A program made the position numbers and the translations under genes. A DNA stretch of 64,000 nt from Staphylococcus phage VB_SavM_JYL01. The notes under the pieces are model-generated. The model had not been told where the DNA came from, did no database searches, and saw only the letters and a program-made list of their open reading frames with translations. The DNA lies in the sequence record MH159197.1; one strand, written 5' to 3'. Shown here piece after piece: positions 41,167 through 50,056 of the stretch; the stretch's first letter is position 1; every line of letters starts with the position of its first letter.

Positions 41167-41180
41167 ATAAATTTATAAAT

Positions 41181-41214
41181 ACCTGTTGACAACAGGTATT
41201 TTTTATAGTATACT
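41181..41214 (+). promoter_or_regulatory. terminator hairpin with embedded -35 (acctgtTGACAacaggt + attttttat), -10 TATACT
   Basis: ttgaca 41186-41191; 17-nt spacer; tatact 41209-41214. Confidence 0.6.
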
Positions 41215-41243
41215 TTAGATATAAAGAAAAAGGAGAGGTTAAC

Positions 41244-41447
41244 ATGAATAACAAACAAATTGAAAGATTACACAAGAAAGCAAACGAGGTAGTAAGTAAA
41301 TCAGAAGATATTGAAGATTTAGGTTATGTGCAGGCACATAAAATTATTAAAGGATATCTTGATTTACCAGTGTCTGATTTTGAAAAGAGAGATGTAATGA
41401 CTGAATTACTATTAGCGTTAGATAAAGCTAATAAATCTATAGATTAA
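41244..41447 (+). CDS. hypothetical protein
   Basis: ORF track; promoter 41186-41214. Confidence 0.5.
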   Translation: MNNKQIERLHKKANEVVSKSEDIEDLGYVQAHKIIKGYLDLPVSDFEKRDVMTELLLALDKANKSID

Positions 41448-41462
41448 TAAGGGGGTAGTAAT

Positions 41463-41621
41463 ATGGTAGATATTATAATTTTAATTGTCGGTTTAATATT
41501 ATTTTTAGCTAGCGGATATAAATTAGTTTTAGGTAAATATTATGATAACACAGATTTAAAAATGTTATTTACAATCTTTGGTATCGGTACTATACTATTA
41601 CTTGTAGGATTTATATTATAA
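41463..41621 (+). CDS. small membrane protein (52 aa), not in ORF track
   Basis: SD aagggggtag upstream of ATG 41463; stop 41619-41621. Confidence 0.45.
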   Translation: MVDIIILIVGLILFLASGYKLVLGKYYDNTDLKMLFTIFGIGTILLLVGFIL

Positions 41622-41636
41622 AGGAGGAAATTATAA

Positions 41637-41861
41637 ATGAACTATAAAGAAGTACTAGAAGTTATTAAAAAGAATAAGCCATGTAAGGTTAGATTTACTG
41701 GAAGTATTTTAGCAATTGTTAATAAGGAATTTAACGCAGATACTGATAAAGGTGTGTTACAAATTGATGTATCAAATATTAATAAAAATGACTACATTAA
41801 GTTACAACAGTATTGTTTAGAAAGAGATGATTATACTGTAGCAGGAGCTATTTTATTTTAA
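41637..41861 (+). CDS. hypothetical protein
   Basis: ORF track; SD aaaggagga. Confidence 0.5.
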   Translation: MNYKEVLEVIKKNKPCKVRFTGSILAIVNKEFNADTDKGVLQIDVSNINKNDYIKLQQYCLERDDYTVAGAILF

Positions 41862-41873
41862 GGGGGAGTAATT

Positions 41874-42074
41874 ATGAATTATAGAGATTTTATTACGGAT
41901 TGTATTAGCGGGGGTTATAACGTCCACATTAGTGTTACTGAGAAAAGAGTTCATATTATTTCAGAAATGACATCAGCATCTTATCCGAAGAAAGAAATTA
42001 ATTTGGATGAACTGCAAGCTTATGTTTATTATATGAATAATTTTGGAAGTCAGATTACAACGGAGGGATTATAA
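41874..42074 (+). CDS. hypothetical protein
   Basis: ORF track; SD aagggggag. Confidence 0.5.
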   Translation: MNYRDFITDCISGGYNVHISVTEKRVHIISEMTSASYPKKEINLDELQAYVYYMNNFGSQITTEGL

Positions 42075-42365
42075 ATGGAATTAGTTATTAATATTATAGC
42101 AGTATTAATTGGTATGTACGGTATTTACTTTTATGTTACAAAATTTAGTACTGGTCTATCAGGTATTTTAATTGTACTAGGTATGGCTGTAGGTCTTTAC
42201 TTTTACTTAGATTACTTAAATGTTAGAGAGAATGTTATTCGATTAGTATCTGTAATGTTTGGTGCTTTCTTATTTAGTATCGAGATGATTTATAATAAGA
42301 TTATGTTCGAAATTAAAAAATCTAAGTATGATAAGACTGTTAGAACGTACAGAGGAGACCAATAA
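42075..42365 (+). CDS. membrane protein (3 TM)
   Basis: ORF track. Confidence 0.5.
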   Translation: MELVINIIAVLIGMYGIYFYVTKFSTGLSGILIVLGMAVGLYFYLDYLNVRENVIRLVSVMFGAFLFSIEMIYNKIMFEIKKSKYDKTVRTYRGDQ

Positions 42366-42457
42366 GAATTTTACTATAAAGAGTACTTAAAATAGGTTAA
42401 GTGCTCTATATGGTACCTTAAAATGGCTTAGAATTGAAATTAAGGAGATGAAAAGTT

Positions 42458-42751
42458 ATGTATCCTGATATAGGTGAGTTAGCTTATAAATTAAAAAGTA
42501 CTAGAGAAAGACTAGAAGGTATTATGATGGAGGAAGTTTGGGAAATACATCATAGAGAGACAGGAAAATTAGTTTTTAAAGGTGGATACTTAGAAGTAAA
42601 AGAAATATTAAGAAAAATGTATAAGGAGAATTTAACATTAGTAGATGTAGACACAATGTTAAATATCGGTCAAGGGTTTTTTGATGTTGCTAAAAGTATA
42701 TCAGCAGAAAATGTATTTCAAATAAACTATAAAAAGGAGTTACCACGATGA
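42458..42751 (+). CDS. hypothetical protein
   Basis: ORF track; SD taaggagatg. Confidence 0.5.
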   Translation: MYPDIGELAYKLKSTRERLEGIMMEEVWEIHHRETGKLVFKGGYLEVKEILRKMYKENLTLVDVDTMLNIGQGFFDVAKSISAENVFQINYKKELPR

Positions 42752-43656
42752 TTAAAGTATTTTCAGAAATGGATACAAAATATAGAACGATTGTACCGGA
42801 GAAATTCCCTAATGGAGAAATTAATTTTAAATATGATGACCTAAAATATTTAGTAGAAGGAGAACTATGGTTTGATGTTTTCTTTAAATGGGAAACTGAT
42901 GCAGACTTAATGCATTTGTATATGTTTACTAAGTATCTAGAACAATTAGGTATTAAAAATAATGTTTCCTTCCTGGAAATTGCATATTTACCTTATAGTA
43001 GAATGGATAGAGTAGAAAAAGGTCATAGCAATATGTTTAGTCTTAAGTATATTGCAGAATTTATTAACAATCTTAATTATAAATCTGTGTTAATAGCAGA
43101 AGCTCATAGCCCTGTCACAGAAAATCTAATTAAAAATTCTGTTTCTATAGGTGTCACACTTAAATTATTAGACCAATATATTGAAATGTCTGAAGAACCT
43201 GCAACAATTGTACTACCGGATAAGGGAGCTTATGACAGATACCTATCTGATGTGGAAGACATCTTAAGGGATTCCAATATTGAAAATTATTCAATTGTAT
43301 ATGGTGAAAAGAAACGTGATTTTGAAACAGGTAAAATTAAAGGTATTAAAATTGTTAAAGATAAAAATACTCTATATGATAACTGTATTATACTAGATGA
43401 TTTAACAAGTTATGGTGGTACATTTGTAGGTTGTAAAAAAGCCCTTGACAATCTTAAGGTAGATAATGTATCATTAATATTGACTCATGCAGAAAAAGTA
43501 TTTCAAGACGGTAAATTATTTGAGTCAGGATTTAAAGATATTATTGTAACAGACTCAATGTTACCTGATAATCAGTGGGAAAAAGCTATTGCTAAACATA
43601 GAGCACAAGAAAACGAAACAGAATTACAAATAAAGAGTATCGAAAGATATTTATAA
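42748..43656 (+). CDS. ribose-phosphate pyrophosphokinase (Prs)-like phosphoribosyl/ADP-ribosyl pyrophosphokinase
   Basis: 302 aa with Prs-family layout (N-domain, then PRPP-binding-loop-like region DDLTSYGGT); sits directly upstream of the NAMPT-like gene. Confidence 0.65.
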   Translation: MIKVFSEMDTKYRTIVPEKFPNGEINFKYDDLKYLVEGELWFDVFFKWETDADLMHLYMFTKYLEQLGIKNNVSFLEIAYLPYSRMDRVEKGHSNMFSLKYIAEFINNLNYKSVLIAEAHSPVTENLIKNSVSIGVTLKLLDQYIEMSEEPATIVLPDKGAYDRYLSDVEDILRDSNIENYSIVYGEKKRDFETGKIKGIKIVKDKNTLYDNCIILDDLTSYGGTFVGCKKALDNLKVDNVSLILTHAEKVFQDGKLFESGFKDIIVTDSMLPDNQWEKAIAKHRAQENETELQIKSIERYL

Positions 43657-43673
43657 AAGGAGAAGAATAAACT

Positions 43674-45143
43674 ATGCTAAATCCAACATTAATGTGTGAC
43701 TTTTATAAATTAAGTCACAGAGAACAATACCCTGAAGGTACAGAAATTGTATACAGTACACTTGTACCTAGAAGTAATAAGTACTATGAACATAGTGATA
43801 ATATTGTAGTATTTGGTATTCAATCACTTGTTAAAAAATATTTTATTGATATGTTTAATAAAGAATTCTTTAATAGACCTAAAGAGGAAGTTATTAATGA
43901 ATATAAACGTACAGTTAAATTCACATTAGGACAAGAAAACCCTGACGCTAAACATTTAGAGCAGTTACATGACCTAGGTTACTTACCTATTGATGTAAGA
44001 GCTTTAAAAGAAGGTACAGTAGTTCACCCTAATACACCTGTTATGACAATTGAAAATACCCACTCAGATTTCTTTTGGCTAACTAATTATTTAGAAACTA
44101 TTATTAGTACTCAAACATGGCAAGCAATGACTAGTGCTACACTAGCATATGATATGCGTAAAATGCTAGATAAGTATGCATTAGAAACAGTAGGTAATAT
44201 TGAAGCAGTAGATTTCCAAGGTCATGACTTTAGTATGCGTGGAATGAGTTCATTAGAAACAGCTCAATTAAGCTCTGCAGGACATGCAATTAGTTTTAAA
44301 GGTAGTGACACTGTACCTGTAGTAGACTTTTTAGAATCTTACTACAATGCAGATGTAGAAAAAGAAATGGTCGTTGCTTCCATCCCTGCTACCGAACATT
44401 CGGTTATGTGTGCAAATGGTGATTACGAGACAATGGATGAATATGAAACATACAAACGTATGTTAACAGAAATTTATCCAACAGGAGTATTCTCTATTGT
44501 ATCTGATACTTGGGATTTTTGGGGTAATATGACTAAAACTTTACCTAGATTAAAAGATATTATTATGGAACGTGACGGTAAAGTAGTAATCAGACCTGAT
44601 AGCGGAGACCCTGTTAAGATTATTTGTGGAGACCCTGATGCAGATACTGAGTATGAACGTAAAGGTGCTGTAGAAGTACTTTGGGATACTTTTGGAGGTA
44701 CTGAAACTGAAAAAGGATATAAAGTACTAGATGAACATGTAGGATTAATCTATGGTGATTCTATTAACTATGAGCGTGCTCAGCAAATTTGTGAAGGATT
44801 AAAAGAAAAAGGTTTTGCAAGTATTAACGTTGTATTAGGTGTAGGTAGCTTCTCTTACCAATTTAATACTCGTGATACTCATGGGTTTGCAATCAAAGCA
44901 ACATATGCTAAGATTAAAAATGAAGAGAAACTTATCTATAAGAATCCTAAAACAGACAGTGGGAAACGTTCACATAAAGGTAGAGTAGCTGTTTACAAAG
45001 ATGGTTCATGGGAAGATAACCTAACTCTTCATCAGTGGTTAAATAAACAAAATTTAAACCAATTAGAACGAGTATTTGAAGACGGTAAACTGTACAGAGA
45101 CCAGTCACTAAGTGAAATTAGAGAAAGAATTAAAAATAATTAA
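43674..45143 (+). CDS. nicotinamide phosphoribosyltransferase (NAMPT)-like enzyme
   Basis: 489 aa; type II PRTase NAMPT-like length and motifs (GSDTVPV, ATEHSVM, DSGDP). Confidence 0.7.
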   Translation: MLNPTLMCDFYKLSHREQYPEGTEIVYSTLVPRSNKYYEHSDNIVVFGIQSLVKKYFIDMFNKEFFNRPKEEVINEYKRTVKFTLGQENPDAKHLEQLHDLGYLPIDVRALKEGTVVHPNTPVMTIENTHSDFFWLTNYLETIISTQTWQAMTSATLAYDMRKMLDKYALETVGNIEAVDFQGHDFSMRGMSSLETAQLSSAGHAISFKGSDTVPVVDFLESYYNADVEKEMVVASIPATEHSVMCANGDYETMDEYETYKRMLTEIYPTGVFSIVSDTWDFWGNMTKTLPRLKDIIMERDGKVVIRPDSGDPVKIICGDPDADTEYERKGAVEVLWDTFGGTETEKGYKVLDEHVGLIYGDSINYERAQQICEGLKEKGFASINVVLGVGSFSYQFNTRDTHGFAIKATYAKIKNEEKLIYKNPKTDSGKRSHKGRVAVYKDGSWEDNLTLHQWLNKQNLNQLERVFEDGKLYRDQSLSEIRERIKNN

Positions 45144-45154
45144 TAAATATTTAA

Positions 45155-45192
45155 ACTCCCTATTGACAAAGGGAGTTTTTTATTATATAGTA
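45155..45192 (+). promoter_or_regulatory. terminator hairpin with -35 in the loop (aactccct-aTTGACAa-agggagtt + tttttatt), -10 TATAGT
   Basis: Follows the NAMPT-like gene stop. Confidence 0.6.
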
Positions 45193-45222
45193 TAACTATA
45201 GTAAATAAAGGAGTGAAAGAGA

Positions 45223-45467
45223 TGATTTATAAAATATCAAAACATAATTATTATAGTAGGTTTGAGTATTCTACTTACCCTCCTGATGAAGGGTTTGCGT
45301 ATGTAGATTATGTAGATGTGATTCTTATCGGTGTAGATAATCCTAAGAAAAAAAAGGTTATTACCTTAAAAGTAAATGAGTTCAATTCGGATGACTATAA
45401 AGTAGGTCATAAGTACAATATTATAAAAATACTATGGTTTGAAAAATGGGAATGGTTAAAGCCATAA
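45223..45467 (+). CDS. hypothetical protein
   Basis: ATG 45223, 8 nt after aaggag; the ORF-track start is a GTG inside the SD. Confidence 0.5.
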
Positions 45468-45486
45468 GTAAAAGGAGAGAAATAAA

Positions 45487-45879
45487 ATGATTATAGATAA
45501 ATTAAATGGAGTTAAACTAGAAATAAGCGGTCATGTCGTATCATTTAGTGTAAGAAAGTTTGATACAATTAATGGTGAGAGACAATTAATAGACTACCAT
45601 CATATTAAAAGAAATAGACAAAAGTACTTTAGAACTACTGAAGAATTTTATAATGAATATAAAGAAATTAAGCCTGACAAAAATGAAATAGATGAAATGT
45701 TTGAATCTCTAGGTTACGTAGATACTGAGTTAGATGATGTAGTAAGACACCTGGAAAAGGTTACTGAAATATTAGGAGTTAGTGAACAATATTTAAATCA
45801 GTTATCTTATAAAGCTATAGAAGAGTATGTAGATAAAGTAGTTACACTTGAAATTAAAGAGTTGAAAGGAGAGAAATAG
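45487..45879 (+). CDS. hypothetical protein
   Basis: ORF track; SD aaaggagag. Confidence 0.5.
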   Translation: MIIDKLNGVKLEISGHVVSFSVRKFDTINGERQLIDYHHIKRNRQKYFRTTEEFYNEYKEIKPDKNEIDEMFESLGYVDTELDDVVRHLEKVTEILGVSEQYLNQLSYKAIEEYVDKVVTLEIKELKGEK

Positions 45880-45880
45880 C

Positions 45881-46078
45881 ATGAATAATAACTGGGAAAA
45901 AGAAAGGGTTAACTATTGGGAAAACGAAGACTGTCCGAGGGAATACTTAGAAAAAGCATTCATTGACCTAGTAGAATATGTCGAAGGAGTTACAGTATCA
46001 TCTAAAGATGTTAAGCAGTTAAGAGAAGATAAACTTAGAGAAGATATTGGGTTTTATGAGTACGTAGCTGATAAATAA
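45881..46078 (+). CDS. hypothetical protein
   Basis: ORF track. Confidence 0.5.
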   Translation: MNNNWEKERVNYWENEDCPREYLEKAFIDLVEYVEGVTVSSKDVKQLREDKLREDIGFYEYVADK

Positions 46079-46084
46079 ATTAGT

Positions 46085-46122
46085 ATCTACCTATTGACTT
46101 AGGTAGATATCTATTATATAAT
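46085..46122 (+). promoter_or_regulatory. hairpin with -35 in the loop (atctaccta-TTGACT-taggtagat), -10 TATAAT
   Basis: ttgact 46094-46099; 17 nt; tataat 46117-46122. Confidence 0.6.
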
Positions 46123-46143
46123 AGTATACAAGGAGATGAAAAT

Positions 46144-46455
46144 ATGAAAAAGTTAATAGTATTACTTACAATTACTATTTCTCTATTACTAGGAGGTTGC
46201 TCTCCTGATAACCATGAGGGTAAAGTAGTAGGGGTAGGTGAATACAGAGAACCAACTACTTATATAAAATCAGGTAGCGTTACTGTCCCAGTCATTGGTG
46301 AAATGAAATATTATGTAGATTTAGAGACAGATAAAGGAGAAGACCGTGTATATCTTAATAAAGAGGTCTATCATAAGTTTGATAAAGGTGATGGTTTCTC
46401 TAATGTAGGTAAGAAAGTGTACAAGAATGATGAATTAATATATAAAGGAGACTAA
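46144..46455 (+). CDS. putative lipoprotein
   Basis: Signal peptide plus lipobox LLLGGCSP. Confidence 0.55.
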   Translation: MKKLIVLLTITISLLLGGCSPDNHEGKVVGVGEYREPTTYIKSGSVTVPVIGEMKYYVDLETDKGEDRVYLNKEVYHKFDKGDGFSNVGKKVYKNDELIYKGD

Positions 46456-46460
46456 GTAGT

Positions 46461-46760
46461 ATGACACAATTTATACATGATAAGAAAGATAGTTATAATA
46501 GTACAAATCGTAATTTTGATACTCAATATTATAAAAATATACCTTTACAACAAATTGATAGGGGCTATGGTCAAGCAAAAGCTAGGAGGTTTACAATAAA
46601 TAATACGAACCAAAATATATGGATACCTATGACATATTTAAGACCTAACGGTACTCTTAAAAATAATATTGATATAGATTGGATATTTGTTAAAGAAAAA
46701 AATAGTTTAAAGAAAGCAGGATTAGAAATAAAAATAGAAATTACAGAAGGTGGATTATAA
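46461..46760 (+). CDS. hypothetical protein
   Basis: ORF track. Confidence 0.5.
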   Translation: MTQFIHDKKDSYNSTNRNFDTQYYKNIPLQQIDRGYGQAKARRFTINNTNQNIWIPMTYLRPNGTLKNNIDIDWIFVKEKNSLKKAGLEIKIEITEGGL

Positions 46761-46999
46761 TGTATATACTAGAGAGAACAATTAAAGGTTTTGTAGGTCA
46801 AAAAGATGATATCTTACCTTATTACTTCAGAAGTAAAAGGGAAATTGTTCATTTCTTAAAATTAATGGAATTCCGTAAGAAAGAAACAAATTATTGGGTT
46901 AAAAAGAATGGTGATTTTACTATTATAATAAGAGCTAAAAAATTATTATATATTGAAGAATATATACAAAAACTAAAGGAGTGGGAAAATGACTTATGA
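46760..46999 (+). CDS. hypothetical protein
   Basis: ORF track. Confidence 0.5.
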   Translation: MYILERTIKGFVGQKDDILPYYFRSKREIVHFLKLMEFRKKETNYWVKKNGDFTIIIRAKKLLYIEEYIQKLKEWENDL

Positions 47000-47150
47000 T
47001 GTGTTTGTATTATACAAAAGAAGAGAACCTATTGCACAAGGTAGTATGGAACATTGTTTAGATGTCTATTATTGGGAAAGATTACATGGATATAGTAATA
47101 AAGGGTATGAGCTATTACCTATAGAATATGACCAGGAGGAACAATTATGA
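46989..47150 (+). CDS. small protein (53 aa), not in ORF track
   Basis: ATG 46989 after ggag; stop TGA 47148-47150 forms an ATGA overlap with the next start. Confidence 0.4.
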   Translation: MTYDVFVLYKRREPIAQGSMEHCLDVYYWERLHGYSNKGYELLPIEYDQEEQL

Positions 47151-47482
47151 ATAGTACAAAATTAGTAGATTATTTTACAAGTAAACAAGGTAAATATCTA
47201 ATATTACCTGATGAAACTAAAGTTAGGTTATCTAATGTAGATTTAATGTCTTACATTATGAGACTCACTTTTACTTATAACACAGAAGTTGTGTCTATAG
47301 ATATTGATAAGTTATACTCAGATTCTATAGAAATGCATATACCACAAGGTCTTTATATGACAACTGTTGTTAAAATTCCTAATACACAGAGTGTTAGTTC
47401 AGTTCTTCATAAGGTATTAGAGGAATGGGTAAGACAAGTACAAAATGATGGTATATTCGGATTCGTATGGGAGGAATTTTAA
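47147..47482 (+). CDS. hypothetical protein
   Basis: ORF track; SD accaggagga. Confidence 0.5.
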   Translation: MNSTKLVDYFTSKQGKYLILPDETKVRLSNVDLMSYIMRLTFTYNTEVVSIDIDKLYSDSIEMHIPQGLYMTTVVKIPNTQSVSSVLHKVLEEWVRQVQNDGIFGFVWEEF

Positions 47483-47700
47483 TGTATAGATTTTTATTGT
47501 TTAGCTATTCTGATTATTACCCTTGCGGTGGGATGGATGATGTAGAGCTTAAGTTTAATGGTTTTTCTGAGTTAATAAGTAACAAAGATGATTTGTATTT
47601 AAGTGAAAATATTGAAATATACGATACTAAGTATGACAATATACTATATATTAGTAACAAAGAAACGATATTAAGTGAATTTAGAGACTATTTAGGATAA
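47467..47700 (+). CDS. hypothetical protein (start may be the ATG at about 47482)
   Basis: ORF track. Confidence 0.45.
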   Translation: MGGILMYRFLLFSYSDYYPCGGMDDVELKFNGFSELISNKDDLYLSENIEIYDTKYDNILYISNKETILSEFRDYLG

Positions 47701-47737
47701 TGGTAAAAATAATTAAAAAATAAAGGAGAAATGTAAA

Positions 47738-48013
47738 ATGGCAAGAGAAGCTAAACAAACAGTAAATACATTATTACAAAGATACAGAACAGCATTAAGA
47801 GCAAAGAAAATTATTTTTAACTTAACAGATGACCAAATTGAAGAAATGGACTTAGAAGTAACACTTACTACAAAGTATAGTAATAGTGTGACAAATCAGG
47901 TAATTAAAGGTACTGACAAGGATGTTTCAATGCTTATCCTGATTTTAAGTAACGAAGAATTTAATGATAAGGTTATTAATATTGAAATTGAAGAAATCAA
48001 TATTATTTTATAA
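47738..48013 (+). CDS. hypothetical protein
   Basis: ORF track; SD aaaggagaa. Confidence 0.5.
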   Translation: MAREAKQTVNTLLQRYRTALRAKKIIFNLTDDQIEEMDLEVTLTTKYSNSVTNQVIKGTDKDVSMLILILSNEEFNDKVINIEIEEINIIL

Positions 48014-48074
48014 AAACTTTAACTCTATTAAGAGAAGGGCAACTAGTATTTAATTTTAAATGGGAGGAATTAAT

Positions 48075-48242
48075 ATGATAAATAGATATAAAAAGGTATG
48101 GGATGAAATAACCCAACAAATTGTTAATGTAGAAATTATTAACTTTAAAAATGAAACAGTAACAATAGAATCTACAGATGATTCAGGATTATCAGAGATA
48201 AGAGGTTTTGAAGAAGTAGAGTTTATAGATTACTATGGATAA
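48075..48242 (+). CDS. hypothetical protein
   Basis: ATG 48075 after gggagg; the ORF-track start 48060 is inside the SD. Confidence 0.5.
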   Translation: MINRYKKVWDEITQQIVNVEIINFKNETVTIESTDDSGLSEIRGFEEVEFIDYYG

Positions 48243-48278
48243 GATGTTTAAAGTATATAATTTATAAGGAGGAAACAT

Positions 48279-48380
48279 ATGGACTTGTTTGCAAAAATAA
48301 TTATTATGTCTATAGGAGTTGTCCCTTTAATTACATTTATGGTATGTTTAGCTATAACAGATTATTATAATAGACATTAG
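48279..48380 (+). CDS. 33-aa membrane micro-protein, not in ORF track
   Basis: aaggagga 7 nt upstream of ATG 48279; single TM; last + strand gene before the 0.7-kb non-coding stretch. Confidence 0.4.
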   Translation: MDLFAKIIIMSIGVVPLITFMVCLAITDYYNRH

Positions 48381-48918
48381 GACTAATAGGAGTATGTTGA
48401 CTAATAAGGAAGATATATAGGAGAGGAGTTAATCAAGTAAAACCAATAAAATCAATTAAAACCAAGTAAAGTAACTAAACAATACCTAGAGCCTGGGAAA
48501 ACTTTTACCTCTCCCACTCAGCCTATTACTTACTACCGACTTCCCTAACTATGTATTCTATAGTTATAATATTCATTTATTATACAATACTTAAACTATA
48601 GTATTGTAACCTTAATCTATACTGAAGCGGTATTAATCTATTGTTATTATATAATAATCTTATATAATGGTGGTATAATCTAGGTTATTACATTAGAATC
48701 ATTCTAATCTAGAATTTTAATCTTTAGACCCTAGGAAAAGTGGTACTAAAATATAGAACCCTATAGGTATGGGATTCTTATTTTTAAAATTACTAAAAAG
48801 TATTAGGTTTTCCCTAGGGTAAAGTTTTAATGTACCTAAAATCGTAAGTAGCTCCTTATCATTTAGGTCTGTTTAATTGAGAATATTAGAAGATATCCGC
48901 TTCAATTACAATTAAAGG

Positions 48919-48947
48919 TTGACAACTATGAAGCGGTATGTTATACT
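48919..48947 (+). promoter_or_regulatory. promoter TTGACA-17-TATACT driving a short non-coding transcript; spacer contains GAAGCGG
   Basis: ttgaca 48919-48924, tatact 48942-48947. Confidence 0.55.
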
Positions 48948-48953
48948 TAGTAT

Positions 48954-49053
48954 TGTAGGGGTGGTTCCCTACAGACCTAGACTATGGTCGTGATTTTGGT
49001 TTGCATATTAGTGTCATTCATAACCCCTACTGGAATAGGGGTTATTTTTATTT
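48954..49053 (+). ncRNA. candidate ~100-nt small RNA (promoter to intrinsic terminator, no ORF)
   Basis: Consensus promoter at 48919; 5' hairpin tgtaggg-gtggtt-ccctaca (48954-48973); terminator aacccct-actggaat-aggggtt + attttttattt (49022-49053); no SD or start codon; next promoter begins at 49059. Confidence 0.4.
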
Positions 49054-49058
49054 AAGTA

Positions 49059-49087
49059 TTGACATACTCTAAGTAGTATGGTATGAT
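49059..49087 (+). promoter_or_regulatory. promoter TTGACA-17-TATGAT for the first paralog-A gene
   Basis: ttgaca 49059-49064; 17 nt; tatgat 49082-49087. Confidence 0.55.
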
Positions 49088-49110
49088 TAGTATATAAGGA
49101 GATGAATAAT

Positions 49111-49407
49111 ATGATTGATATATACTTAGGGGAAAACTATAATACTGATTACTTATCTACTATTATGAATATTATAAAGACTTCCGCTTCAAGAGAGTTA
49201 AGTTATGGGTTTAATAATAAAGAAGCGGATGTAAATATAGAGGATATGAAGTATGAAGGTGATGTTATGCATGTATATGGTACGATGTCTATGGATTATC
49301 CAGGCTGTATTATTATATGTATTACTAGTGAAGAGACTAAGGTTATATATGGTGGTAACTTTCTAACAGGTACAGGTCTTAGTCAAGAAGTTAGAGAAAA
49401 ATTCTAG
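49111..49407 (+). CDS. host-takeover-region small protein, paralog family A member
   Basis: Shares the I.I.L.E.Y...L..L..I......RELTYG pattern with 50057, 50384, 50674 and 50961; ATG 49111, 9 nt after aaggag. Confidence 0.6.
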   Translation: MIDIYLGENYNTDYLSTIMNIIKTSASRELSYGFNNKEADVNIEDMKYEGDVMHVYGTMSMDYPGCIIICITSEETKVIYGGNFLTGTGLSQEVREKF

Positions 49408-49418
49408 GGGGAGTTATT

Positions 49419-49589
49419 ATGATTATACCATTAATTATATTCATGATGACCTTCGGTACATTTGCATTCAGTTATGTTGCACATGATGCATACAAAGTAG
49501 ATGAAAAAGGTATCATGTATGCTATGGTAGTTGGTATTGTAGTTATAAATGGGATTGGTTTAGAAATGATAATTGTAGAATGTTTATAA
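49419..49589 (+). CDS. 56-aa membrane micro-protein, not in ORF track
   Basis: SD ggggga upstream of ATG 49419; stop 49587-49589. Confidence 0.45.
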   Translation: MIIPLIIFMMTFGTFAFSYVAHDAYKVDEKGIMYAMVVGIVVINGIGLEMIIVECL

Positions 49590-49602
49590 AGGAGGTAGTA
49601 AA

Positions 49603-49788
49603 ATGATAGGTCAAATTATACTATTAGCTATTGTTAGTATAGTTACAATAGGTTGTGTAGGATTATTTTTCTATGAGACGTTCAAGAGTATTAAGTATGA
49701 TGCTAATGATAAAATCTTTATGATTACTGGGAGTATATTAATGTTAGTTATTATCGTTAGTGGTGCATTAGCTATACTTGGCATTTAG
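49603..49788 (+). CDS. small membrane protein (2 TM)
   Basis: ORF track; SD aaggaggtag. Confidence 0.5.
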   Translation: MIGQIILLAIVSIVTIGCVGLFFYETFKSIKYDANDKIFMITGSILMLVIIVSGALAILGI

Positions 49789-49895
49789 AGCTCATTTAAG
49801 AAGCGGTTAAGTAGTTCATGATAAATTGGTCTAGAAATATATGACCGCTTCTCTATGGAAGGCTGAGAGGGTTTAGAATTGAAAGGAGAGATATA

Positions 49896-50042
49896 ATGGC
49901 TATATTTTTTAGTATTTTATTATTGATTAACATATACTTAATATACTATGAATGTACTTCAGTTACGTTTGATTGGTGTGCACTGCTTATTTACGTATGC
50001 TCATTATGCTCTTGTATTTATTTAATAGTATATTTTGTATAA
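49896..50042 (+). CDS. 48-aa membrane micro-protein, not in ORF track
   Basis: SD gaaaggagag upstream of ATG 49896; stop 50040-50042. Confidence 0.4.
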   Translation: MAIFFSILLLINIYLIYYECTSVTFDWCALLIYVCSLCSCIYLIVYFV

Positions 50043-50056
50043 AAGGAGGAGATATA

